From: Halarcobacter sp.
Lineage (GTDB): Bacteria > Campylobacterota > Campylobacteria > Campylobacterales > Arcobacteraceae
Reading direction: 5' to 3'
Assembly: GCA_963676565.1 (NCBI GenBank)
Contig: OY781089.1
Span: 2,688,001 to 2,752,000 of the forward strand
DNA: 64,000 bases
Shown here: positions 19,498 to 28,048 of the stretch, one piece after another
How the letters are laid out: every line of letters starts with the position of its first letter
How positions within the stretch are numbered: position 1 is the first letter of the stretch
The notes under the pieces: generated by a model
The model's database searches: none
What the model saw: the letters and a program-made list of their open reading frames with translations, nothing else
What the model was told of the DNA's origin: nothing
Made by a program: the position numbers and the translations under genes

Positions 19498-20874
19498 TTA
19501 AATTATTGATTCAAGCCAGATTTTAGAAAATGCCTTTATGGCATTTTCTATATCATTTTCTCGTAAACCACCAAAACCCAATCTAGAAGCTTCCCAATCC
19601 CCACCTGAAATATCAGATGCAAAATATAACTTAATTTTATTTTCTTCACCTAAATCTTTAAATTTTTTCCAATCAAAACTAGTTTTTGGATAAATGTTTA
19701 TATTAAGCCCTGCTCCTTCACTTAATATATTTACATAATCTCCTAGATAATTCTCAATTGCTTTTTTCATAAGATTATGTTTCTTTTTATTTATAGTTCT
19801 AATTTTTCTTAAATGTTTATCCCAATATCCTTTTGCAATAAACTCTTCTAGTGTTTTTTGCAAAGTCAAATCTACTCGTGATATTGAGCTATCATAAAGT
19901 AAATTGTATTTTTCAATTAATAGGTTTGGTAAAACTACATAACTAACTCTAATGGCAGGAGAAAAAGATTTAGCAAAAGTTCCCATATAAATAACCCTTT
20001 GATTTTTATCTAAACCTTGCATCGAAGGTATTGGTTTATTTACGAAACTAAGTTCGCTATCATAATCATCTTCTATAATAAATCCTTGATTTTTCTCTGC
20101 CCATTCTAGTAATTTTATCCTTTTTGAAATAGGAGTTGTAACTCCTGTAGGATATTGGTGAGAGGGTGTTGTATAGACAATCTTAGAATTTGAATTTTCT
20201 AAAGTATTTATATCAAGACCATTTTTTTGTATTGGGATTTTGTCAATTTTATAACCATAATCTTCAAATACCCCTTTAACAACATAATAACCTGGATTTT
20301 CCATTGCAAGTCTTTTGTATTCAGTTTTTAGTAATCTTGCAATTAAGCTTGCTGCATTTGGGAAACCTGAACAAATCACCACTGAAGAAGGATTACAATT
20401 TACACCCCTTGATTCATTTAAATATTTAGATATCTCTTTACGTAAACCAAATTCTCCTTGACCATCTTGATATTTCCCAAGATGTAAACTCTCATTGATA
20501 ACTTTATTATAAACTCTTTTCCAAATTTTTAAAGGGAAAGTATCAGCTGAAAGTCTTGAAGGATAAAAATCATACTGATATTCAAGCTCTTTTTTTTCTT
20601 CATCAATATTTTTTGTTTGCACTAAAGTTGCGCTATTATATAAATCCTCACTTACAAAGAATCCACTTTTGGGAATACTTTCTATATAACCTTCAACTAC
20701 TAATTGAGAGTATGCATTTTCTACAGTGATTTTACTTATATTATAAATTGATGCAATCTTTCTTATTGAGGGTAGTTTTTCCCCTGCTTTCATAGTGTTT
20801 AAAATACTTTGTTTTAGTTCTTCATAAAGTTGAATATGTAAAGGCTTTAAATCATCTTTATTAATTTTAAGCAT
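19498..20874 (-). CDS. MocR/PdxR family (GntR + PLP aminotransferase domain) regulator (start moved to MLKINKDD)
   Basis: KLPSIRKIA HTH, TPSHQYPTG, IEDDYDSE; AAGGA RBS before 20874. Confidence 0.93.
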   Translation of the reverse strand: MLKINKDDLKPLHIQLYEELKQSILNTMKAGEKLPSIRKIASIYNISKITVENAYSQLVVEGYIESIPKSGFFVSEDLYNSATLVQTKNIDEEKKELEYQYDFYPSRLSADTFPLKIWKRVYNKVINESLHLGKYQDGQGEFGLRKEISKYLNESRGVNCNPSSVVICSGFPNAASLIARLLKTEYKRLAMENPGYYVVKGVFEDYGYKIDKIPIQKNGLDINTLENSNSKIVYTTPSHQYPTGVTTPISKRIKLLEWAEKNQGFIIEDDYDSELSFVNKPIPSMQGLDKNQRVIYMGTFAKSFSPAIRVSYVVLPNLLIEKYNLLYDSSISRVDLTLQKTLEEFIAKGYWDKHLRKIRTINKKKHNLMKKAIENYLGDYVNILSEGAGLNINIYPKTSFDWKKFKDLGEENKIKLYFASDISGGDWEASRLGFGGLRENDIENAIKAFSKIWLESII

Positions 20875-20962
20875 AACTGTCCTTATAAATTTTATATAAT
20901 CTGTATCTTGTAATATATACAATTTATAATTATAATACAAAAAAATCAAAAAAGGATTATTA

Positions 20963-21559
20963 GTGAAAAAAGCATTTGATATAAAAGATAAAGAGCAAAT
21001 TTCAGAAGTTTTGAACAATTCTTCATTTGGTACACTTTCTTTAAGCATTGATAATAAGCCATATTCAACTCCTTTAAATTTTGTAGAATTTGAAGATGAA
21101 ATATATTTTCATGGGGCAAAAAAAGGTAAAAAGATTGATATTATAAAAGAAAATGCTTATGCATCTTTTTGTGTAGTTGAAGATTACTCATTATTACCAT
21201 CTTATTTTAGTAGCGACAAAGGTGATGCTTGTCCTGCTACTCATCTTTTTAAATCTGTAATAATTCATGGAAAAATCAAAATATTAGAAGGTTATGATGA
21301 AAAAGCTACTGCATTAGAGATGTTGATGCAAAAACTTCAAAAAGAGAGAAAATATATCTCATTGAACAATGAGATGTATAAAAAAGCCATTAATGCAACT
21401 TGTGTTTATAAATTAATTCCAGCTAACACTACTGCAAAATTCAAACTTGGTCAAAATTTCAATGAAGAGAGATATCAAAGAGTTGTAAGCCATTTAAAAC
21501 AAAGAGGAGAAAAAAAAGATTTAGAAACTTTAAAACTTTTAGAACTTTATAAAAAGTAG
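20963..21559 (+). CDS. pyridoxamine 5'-phosphate oxidase-like FMN-binding protein
   Basis: PYSTPLNF, IYFHGAKKGKK, AKFKLGQN; divergent from the MocR regulator. Confidence 0.85.
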   Translation: MKKAFDIKDKEQISEVLNNSSFGTLSLSIDNKPYSTPLNFVEFEDEIYFHGAKKGKKIDIIKENAYASFCVVEDYSLLPSYFSSDKGDACPATHLFKSVIIHGKIKILEGYDEKATALEMLMQKLQKERKYISLNNEMYKKAINATCVYKLIPANTTAKFKLGQNFNEERYQRVVSHLKQRGEKKDLETLKLLELYKK

Positions 21560-21560
21560 A

Positions 21561-21577
21561 TATTGCAAAATGCAATA
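21561..21577. promoter_or_regulatory. palindromic operator TATTGCA-AAA-TGCAATA
   Basis: Perfect 7-3-7 inverted repeat, 27 nt upstream of the -10 TAAAAT (21605-21610). Confidence 0.6.
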
Positions 21578-21616
21578 AAATCACCCTATTCTTTTTGATT
21601 CTTGTAAAATATCTTT

Positions 21617-22858
21617 ATGAGAAAAGATATTTATGAAAAGATGCAAATACTTGCAGACAGTGCAAAATATGATGTTTCATGTAGTTCAAGTGGAAGTGAT
21701 AGTAACTATAAAACAGGAGAATTAGGGGCTACTCATAAAAGTGGCATATGTCACACTTTCACTGCTGATGGAAGATGTGTTTCACTCTTAAAAGTTTTAC
21801 TTACTAATTTTTGTATTTATGATTGTGCATATTGCATAAATAGAAAATCAAATGATATTAAAAGAGCTGCCTTTTCTCCTAGAGAATTAGCTGATATTAC
21901 AATCAATTTTTATAAAAGAAACTATATTGAAGGATTATTTTTAAGCTCTGGGATTATTGATAATGAAGACCATACAACAATTTTAATCCTAAGAGCTTTG
22001 AAAATATTAAGACATGAGTATAAATTCAATGGATATATCCATGTAAAACTAATTCCTGGCGCGGATGAAAGACTAATTGAGCAAGTTGTAAACTTAGCTA
22101 ATAGAGTTAGCTCAAATATAGAACTTCCAAGTGATAAGTCACTAAAACTTCTTGCTCCTAATAAAACAAAACAATCTGTACTTCAACCACTTAAATACGC
22201 TAGGGACATAAGTTTAGAAAAAGATAAAAAGCCAATTGGAATGAGCACTCAACTAATAGTTGGGGCAACACCTGAAACAGATAAAGATATTTTAAAACTA
22301 AGTTCAGTTATGTATGATAAAGCCTTACTAAAAAGGGTTTATTATAGTGCATATATACCTGTAAATGATGACAAAAATCTTCCTGCAGTTGTAACAAAAC
22401 CTCCTCTTCTAAGGGAACATCGACTTTATCAAGCAGATTGGCTTTTAAGGTTTTATGACTTTAGCTATGATGAGATTGTAAATGACGAGTTTCCAAATTT
22501 AGATGAAGAAGTTGATCCAAAAACCTCTTGGGCTTTGTATAATCTAAAATATTTCCCAATGGAAATAAATACAGCTTCAAAGGATGAACTTCTTAGAATT
22601 CCAGGGATTGGAGTTAGAGGTGTGTTTAAAATTTTAAAAGCAAGAAAATTTAAATCTTTAGATTTTGATGATCTAAAAAAGTTAAAAATCTCAATTAAAA
22701 GAGCAAAATATTTTATTACATGCAAAGGGAAATATCAAAAAGAGATACCCTTTGAAGATGATAGAATCAGAACAGCATTAGTAAAACCAAAACCAAAGAA
22801 AATTGAACAAACATCATTATTTGATTTACAATATAGTTCCATAACAGGTGAATTATGA
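21617..22858 (+). CDS. putative DNA modification/repair radical SAM protein (TIGR03916-like) with helix-hairpin-helix
   Basis: AKYDVSCSSSG, CIYDCAYC, REHRLYQADWLLRFY, LLRIPGIG. Confidence 0.93.
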   Translation: MRKDIYEKMQILADSAKYDVSCSSSGSDSNYKTGELGATHKSGICHTFTADGRCVSLLKVLLTNFCIYDCAYCINRKSNDIKRAAFSPRELADITINFYKRNYIEGLFLSSGIIDNEDHTTILILRALKILRHEYKFNGYIHVKLIPGADERLIEQVVNLANRVSSNIELPSDKSLKLLAPNKTKQSVLQPLKYARDISLEKDKKPIGMSTQLIVGATPETDKDILKLSSVMYDKALLKRVYYSAYIPVNDDKNLPAVVTKPPLLREHRLYQADWLLRFYDFSYDEIVNDEFPNLDEEVDPKTSWALYNLKYFPMEINTASKDELLRIPGIGVRGVFKILKARKFKSLDFDDLKKLKISIKRAKYFITCKGKYQKEIPFEDDRIRTALVKPKPKKIEQTSLFDLQYSSITGEL

Positions 22859-23604
22859 TTTTAATTTATGATGGAAGCTTCGAAGGCTTTTTAAGCTTGG
22901 TTTATGATGTATATTATGAAAAACTAAATCCAAATATTATATATAAACAGTTACCTCAAACTTTGATTTTAGAAGAGATAAAACAGATTAAAACAGATGA
23001 AGAAAAAGCAATTAAGGTATTAACTGCAATCAAAAAAAACTTCCCTAAAAAAGTCTTTGATTTAATTAGAAATATCTTTATGTGTGATTCAAAGGAGTTT
23101 GAAATCTATTTACTTAAATTTATAGTCTTAGGGTTTAAAGATAAAAATCAACTATTTAACATAAACAATGAAAATGTAATCTATCTTCAAAATTTACAAA
23201 AAGAGTTATCAAGGCATATTCACAAAATGTATGCCTTTGCAAGATTTCAAGAATTGGATGATGGCACTTTATATTCTAAAATAGAATCAAAATTTAATGT
23301 GGTGTATTTTTTAGGAAGACACTTTTTCAAAAGATTTAACAATCAAAAATTTATCATCCATGATATAGAAAGAAAAATAGCTTTTATAAAAAATGATTCT
23401 TATCTAGGTATTCAAAATGTAGCTTCCTTTGAAAAACCAACATTATCACAAAAGGAAGAAAAGTTTGACAAACTTTGGAAAACATTTTTTGAAGCTGTTT
23501 CCATAGAAAGTAGAGAAAATATCAAATGTCAAAAAAATTATGTGCCCTTAATTTATAGAACATATATGAATGAATTTGATACAATTTCAAAAAACAAAAA
23601 GTAG
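22855..23604 (+). CDS. DUF4130/TIGR03915-like putative DNA metabolism protein
   Basis: YDGSFEGFL, HKMYAFARF, HFFKRF, LWKTFF; overlaps the radical SAM stop codon. Confidence 0.9.
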   Translation: MILIYDGSFEGFLSLVYDVYYEKLNPNIIYKQLPQTLILEEIKQIKTDEEKAIKVLTAIKKNFPKKVFDLIRNIFMCDSKEFEIYLLKFIVLGFKDKNQLFNINNENVIYLQNLQKELSRHIHKMYAFARFQELDDGTLYSKIESKFNVVYFLGRHFFKRFNNQKFIIHDIERKIAFIKNDSYLGIQNVASFEKPTLSQKEEKFDKLWKTFFEAVSIESRENIKCQKNYVPLIYRTYMNEFDTISKNKK

Positions 23605-23608
23605 AAAT

Positions 23609-24178
23609 ATGGCACAAAAAGATAAAGAAAAATGGGATAAAAAATATAATGAAACTCCAAAACTTATGGAAGATAGGACACCTAGTCCAAAAGTTGTTGA
23701 AGCAATAAAATACACAAGAGGAAAAAAAGCATTAGAAATAGCCTGTGGAACGGGTAGAAATTCTATATATCTAGCAGAAAATGGTTTTATAGTAGATGCT
23801 TATGATATCTCTGAAATTGCTATTAATCATCTAAAAAAACAAAATATAAAAAACTTAAATGCTATTCAAAAAGATTTAGAAAATTTTGAAGCAAAAGAAA
23901 ATAGTTATGATTTGATTGTACAAACAAATTACTTAGATAGAAAGATTTTCCCTAATTTGAAAAATAGTTTAAAAAAAGATGGGATAATTGTAATAGAAAC
24001 ATATATGAATCATGAAGAAAACGAAAAGCCACCTTCAAATCCACTATTTCTACTTCAAAAAAATGAATTGAAAGAGATTTTTTCTGATTTTGAAATAGTA
24101 AAATATGATGAATACTTCAATGAAAAACATGAATTATATAAAATGAGAAAACAAGCAATAATCGCAAAAAAATTATAA
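23609..24178 (+). CDS. class I SAM-dependent methyltransferase (TehB-like; start moved to MAQKD)
   Basis: LEIACGTGRN, NYLDR. Confidence 0.85.
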   Translation: MAQKDKEKWDKKYNETPKLMEDRTPSPKVVEAIKYTRGKKALEIACGTGRNSIYLAENGFIVDAYDISEIAINHLKKQNIKNLNAIQKDLENFEAKENSYDLIVQTNYLDRKIFPNLKNSLKKDGIIVIETYMNHEENEKPPSNPLFLLQKNELKEIFSDFEIVKYDEYFNEKHELYKMRKQAIIAKKL

Positions 24179-24191
24179 AGATATATTTTAA

Positions 24192-24208
24192 ATTTGCAAA
24201 TTGCAATA
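24192..24208. promoter_or_regulatory. second copy of the TTGCA-N3-TGCAA operator
   Basis: ATTTGCA-AAT-TGCAATA, 27 nt upstream of the -10 TAATAT (24236-24241, TGn-extended). Confidence 0.55.
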
Positions 24209-24265
24209 CTTTTTATGGTTTCTTAATAATTTTGATAATATCAAAAAAACAAATAAGGTATTAAC

Positions 24266-24595
24266 ATGGATGGTAAGATAATGGTAACTTACAAAATAGT
24301 TTGTAAAAACGATTTTAATTTAGAAATCTCTTTAGAGAAATTACTTGAAAATGAAAAAATTGCAAAAGCTATAAAAAATGAATTTGCAAAGGGAATCAGA
24401 AATATTGACCTTAATACAAAAGAAAATGATTCAAAAATTAAAGTTGAAACAAAAAAAGAGTTGTATCAATTTGAAGTCAATAAAGATGATTTTGCTGATT
24501 TAATCTCACTAGCTGAAGAGGATGCAAACACTAGAAAACTTATGAAAAAAGAGTGTTCACATATTGAATTAGTCAATATAGAAACAATCAACTAA
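24266..24595 (+). CDS. hypothetical protein
   Basis: 109-aa ORF with AAGGT RBS and its own promoter. Confidence 0.75.
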   Translation: MDGKIMVTYKIVCKNDFNLEISLEKLLENEKIAKAIKNEFAKGIRNIDLNTKENDSKIKVETKKELYQFEVNKDDFADLISLAEEDANTRKLMKKECSHIELVNIETIN

Positions 24596-24636
24596 AAAGC
24601 TACTTCTAAAAAATATTAAATATTTAACTGATTATT

Positions 24637-24663
24637 TTAGCACTCCTTTATACTAAGTGCTAA
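24637..24663. promoter_or_regulatory. CIRCE-like element (candidate HrcA operator)
   Basis: TTAGCACTC-N9-AAGTGCTAA, 1 mismatch to the consensus TTAGCACTC-N9-GAGTGCTAA. Confidence 0.65.
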
Positions 24664-24704
24664 TTTTTATTGTTTTTTAAGTATTTTATATCTAAAATTC
24701 TAAT

Positions 24705-24886
24705 AACTTTAGTTTATTTTACTAAAGTAAAAACTTTTTTGTGTTCAAGGAGGTGGATACTGAGGTTCAAGAAACTAATATAATATAGTATTACTAGCAG
24801 TAAAACCTCAAAATGAATTTAGCACTCATTTTTTAGATTACTGCTAGTGAATTTTTTTAGCATATAATTAGTTTTAGTGCTAAATT
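24705..24886 (+). ncRNA. candidate structured RNA or leader
   Basis: -10 TAAAAT at 24693-24698, 5' hairpin 24706-24728, long hairpin 24793-24848 followed by a T run, alternative pairings. Confidence 0.35.
24857..24883. promoter_or_regulatory. degenerate CIRCE-like element overlapping TATAAT
   Basis: TTAGCATAT-N9-TAGTGCTAA with exact CIRCE spacing. Confidence 0.45.
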
Positions 24887-24913
24887 ATTCAAATATGTTT
24901 ATAAGGATTTGTT

Positions 24914-25363
24914 ATGGATAATTTAAATTTGAAGAAAACAAAAATTGTTGATGCTATTACAAAATACCAGTTATATTACCATATCTCTTTAGGTAATTTT
25001 GTACATGAAACTTTTTTAGATTTAAATGAAACAGTTGAAAAGATACAAGAATTAAACCTTTTTAAAAATCTAGAAATATCAATTAATAAAATAAAAGAGA
25101 TTATTAAAAATTTTAAAAATGAAAAAGATATAGAAGAATCAATTAGAAAACTTGCTATGCAAGATGCTTTAAAGGATTTTGTTGAAAATGACAAAGATTT
25201 ATTAAACAAAGATTTTTATTACCAACAAAGAATTAAAGATATTGAAAACAATTCATACTTCAATGATAAAATGAAATATAATTTTGAAAATAATTACCAA
25301 AAAACATATGAATACTTTAATAGTGTCATAAATGAAACCCAAATTAAAAGTTGTTTTATTTAA
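24914..25363 (+). CDS. hypothetical protein
   Basis: 149-aa ORF with AAGGA RBS. Confidence 0.7.
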   Translation: MDNLNLKKTKIVDAITKYQLYYHISLGNFVHETFLDLNETVEKIQELNLFKNLEISINKIKEIIKNFKNEKDIEESIRKLAMQDALKDFVENDKDLLNKDFYYQQRIKDIENNSYFNDKMKYNFENNYQKTYEYFNSVINETQIKSCFI

Positions 25364-25407
25364 TAATATAATTAACTATAATTAGCTTTTTTAAGATATA
25401 ATTTTTA

Positions 25408-27204
25408 ATGGGAAGAGAACAAAAATTAAAATTATATTTTTTAATAGCTTTTATAGTACTGTTTCTAATAAGTTTTCTAGTTTTAAACTCTATAAAAAAT
25501 AATAATATTAATAAATATCTAAAAAATGAAGCTAATCAAGAATACCTAAACTATCAAGTAATTTACAATGATTATAAAAATATTTCAGAACTTATATTTA
25601 AAACACATATCCAAAATAAAGAAATCTTAAACCTTTTTGCAAATAGAAAAAGAGAAGAATTAAAAAACCATCTTACAGAAAACTATAATAAATTAAGAGT
25701 TTTTAATTTAAGACAACTTCATTTCCACTTACCAAATAATGATAGTTTTTTAAGAATGCATAGACCTAATAAATTTGGGGATAATCTCACAAAAGATAGA
25801 AAAACTGTAGCCTTTGTAAATGAACATAAAAAATATATACATGGTTTTGAAGAAGGAAAAATATTTAATGGCTTTAGATTTGTATACCCCTTAAGTCTTA
25901 ACAATAAACATATTGGAAGTGTTGAGATATCATTTAGTGCCCTATTTTTTATAAAAGAGATTGCAAAAAGCTATAAAATAAATGCAAATTTTTTAATAAA
26001 AAAAGATGTAGTTGATGAAAAAGTTTTTAAAGAGGAAAAGAAAAACTATATACAAAGTCCTTTAAAACCATATTATTATCAAAAATCAATTTATGAATCA
26101 TCTAATTTAAACAAATACGATATAAAGCTTCCAAAACAATTAGAAAATAAAGTTTTAAGAAATATGGAAAAAGGAGAAGTATTTTCTATATATGTAGAAG
26201 AATTTGATGAGATTGCTACATTTATACCTTTAATCAACCCATTAACTAAAGTAAATGTTGCTTTTTTGAAAATGAATAAAAAAGATGGCAAAATAAATGA
26301 AATCAACAAAGACTTTTATAACTATCTGCTACTTTTAACCTTATTAATAATTTTTGTTTTAATCTATCTTTATTCACAAATAAATTATCAAAAAAGTCTA
26401 GAAGCAAAAGTTGATGAAAAAACTAATTCTTTAAATAAATTAAATAAAAACCTTGAAGTTACAATTGAAAAAGAAGTAGCAAAAAACAGAAAAAAAGATG
26501 AATTAATGATTGCGCAATCAAGACATGCAGCTATGGGCGAAATGATAAGTATGATTGCACACCAATGGAGACAGCCTTTAACCACAATATCAATGGATGT
26601 AAATAATATCCTTGCAGATATTGAACTTGATACTATAAATGAAGAAGAACTTAAAAAAATATCTGAAGATATAATAGAAAAAACACAATATATGTCAAAA
26701 ACTATTGATGATTTTAGAAACTTTTTTAAACCAGAAAAATCAACTGAATTTATTAATCTTCAAGATTTAATAAATAATACCATTAACATTACAAAAAGTT
26801 CACTTGAGAATCATGATATTAACTTAGAGCTTAGTTGTAAATCTATTATCAAAATAGAAACATATTCAAGGGAGTTATTACAAGTTTTAATTAATATTGT
26901 AAAAAATGCAAAAGAAGCCTTTGAAAAAAATACAAATAATCGATATATAAAAATATTCTGTAAAGAGAAAAAAGATTTTGTACAAATAAATATAGAAAAT
27001 AACGGAAGTAAAATCCCTGAAAATATTATTGAAAAAATCTTCGAACCATATTTTACTACAAAAGATAAAAATGTGGGGACTGGCTTAGGACTTTATATGT
27101 CAAAAATTATCGTAGAAAAACACCTAAATGGTAAAATAGAGGTACAAAATCTTGAAGAGGCAGTTAGATTTTCTATAAAACTACCCTTTAAAATATCAAA
27201 TTAA
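25408..27204 (+). CDS. orphan sensor histidine kinase with dCache domain
   Basis: SFLRMHRPNKFGD Cache motif, IAHQWRQPL, FTTK...GTGLGLY. Confidence 0.93.
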   Translation: MGREQKLKLYFLIAFIVLFLISFLVLNSIKNNNINKYLKNEANQEYLNYQVIYNDYKNISELIFKTHIQNKEILNLFANRKREELKNHLTENYNKLRVFNLRQLHFHLPNNDSFLRMHRPNKFGDNLTKDRKTVAFVNEHKKYIHGFEEGKIFNGFRFVYPLSLNNKHIGSVEISFSALFFIKEIAKSYKINANFLIKKDVVDEKVFKEEKKNYIQSPLKPYYYQKSIYESSNLNKYDIKLPKQLENKVLRNMEKGEVFSIYVEEFDEIATFIPLINPLTKVNVAFLKMNKKDGKINEINKDFYNYLLLLTLLIIFVLIYLYSQINYQKSLEAKVDEKTNSLNKLNKNLEVTIEKEVAKNRKKDELMIAQSRHAAMGEMISMIAHQWRQPLTTISMDVNNILADIELDTINEEELKKISEDIIEKTQYMSKTIDDFRNFFKPEKSTEFINLQDLINNTINITKSSLENHDINLELSCKSIIKIETYSRELLQVLINIVKNAKEAFEKNTNNRYIKIFCKEKKDFVQINIENNGSKIPENIIEKIFEPYFTTKDKNVGTGLGLYMSKIIVEKHLNGKIEVQNLEEAVRFSIKLPFKISN

Positions 27205-27695
27205 AACAGAAGTGTCATTTTATGATAAAGATTAAAATGCTTTATATATTTTATATTTTTTACAAACTTTCTAATAACACTTGGAATAACAATAGCAAAT
27301 GGTGCAATTAAAATAAAAATAAATGAAAAAACAAATCTTAAAAAAAGATATTTAAAAGCTTTCTTAACATAATCTTTTTTAACTGAATATCTAAAATTAA
27401 CCCTTAAATATTTAAAAACAAAAAAACTTTTATTTAAAAAATTTGAATTTTTAATGGAATAGATAAAATATTTAATATTTATTGTTAAAAATACTACACA
27501 AAAAAGTAAAAAATTTAAGAATGTATTTATTTGAATCAATTCTTTATTTATGTAAAAAACAATTATTGAAGATAGAATAGATGTAATAAAAAATAAAATC
27601 AATTCTTTATCTTCTTTTGTAAAATCTTCATTATCATATCTATATCTTTCTTCCAATGATAAGTTTTCTAATTTTATATTTGATAGATTATCCAT
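27201..27695 (-). CDS. hypothetical membrane protein
   Basis: Hydrophobic segments; AAAGGGGAG RBS. Confidence 0.55.
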   Translation of the reverse strand: MDNLSNIKLENLSLEERYRYDNEDFTKEDKELILFFITSILSSIIVFYINKELIQINTFLNFLLFCVVFLTINIKYFIYSIKNSNFLNKSFFVFKYLRVNFRYSVKKDYVKKAFKYLFLRFVFSFIFILIAPFAIVIPSVIRKFVKNIKYIKHFNLYHKMTLLF

Positions 27696-28048
27696 TTTCT
27701 CCCCTTTAAATTTTATTCATTTCTTAAACTTAGTATAAACTAATACAATTTTCATTAAATATCGATTAAATCTTACAAAAACTTATTAAAAAATTATAAA
27801 TTTGAATATTTCCTATTTTTTGGCACTAAAAAAATTATCTATAATTTCTTTTTTATTAAGTAACTGCAAGTTTAAGTAGATTTATTTAACTTCGCAATGA
27901 TACTTAATTTTTCTGAATCTTTTATGAAAAAAAACATAAATTTATTAATTAAGAAAATAAATCTTAAAAGCTGAAAAATACATGATATAAGTACTATTTA
28001 GATAAAATATTCACCTTAAAATAGTTATTAATCAAAGGTTAATTAAAA

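Noticed and set aside
20875..21048. N-terminal extensions in the ORF track (also 8864-8905, 14045-14071, 23570-23608, 41115-41162, 54575-54646)
   Set aside because: They overlap promoters or neighbouring genes; downstream starts have better RBS or domain boundaries
24741..24788. 15-codon GTG ORF (MFKEVDTEVQETNII) as a leader peptide or type I toxin
   Set aside because: No upstream SD, not hydrophobic, no amino-acid run; only ribosome profiling could rescue it
24636..24886. TTAGCA/TGCTAA repeats as a CRISPR array
   Set aside because: They are inverted, short and irregularly spaced, and no cas genes are present
27821..27836. TGGCAC as a sigma54 -24 element upstream of glnS
   Set aside because: No TTGC at the -12 position
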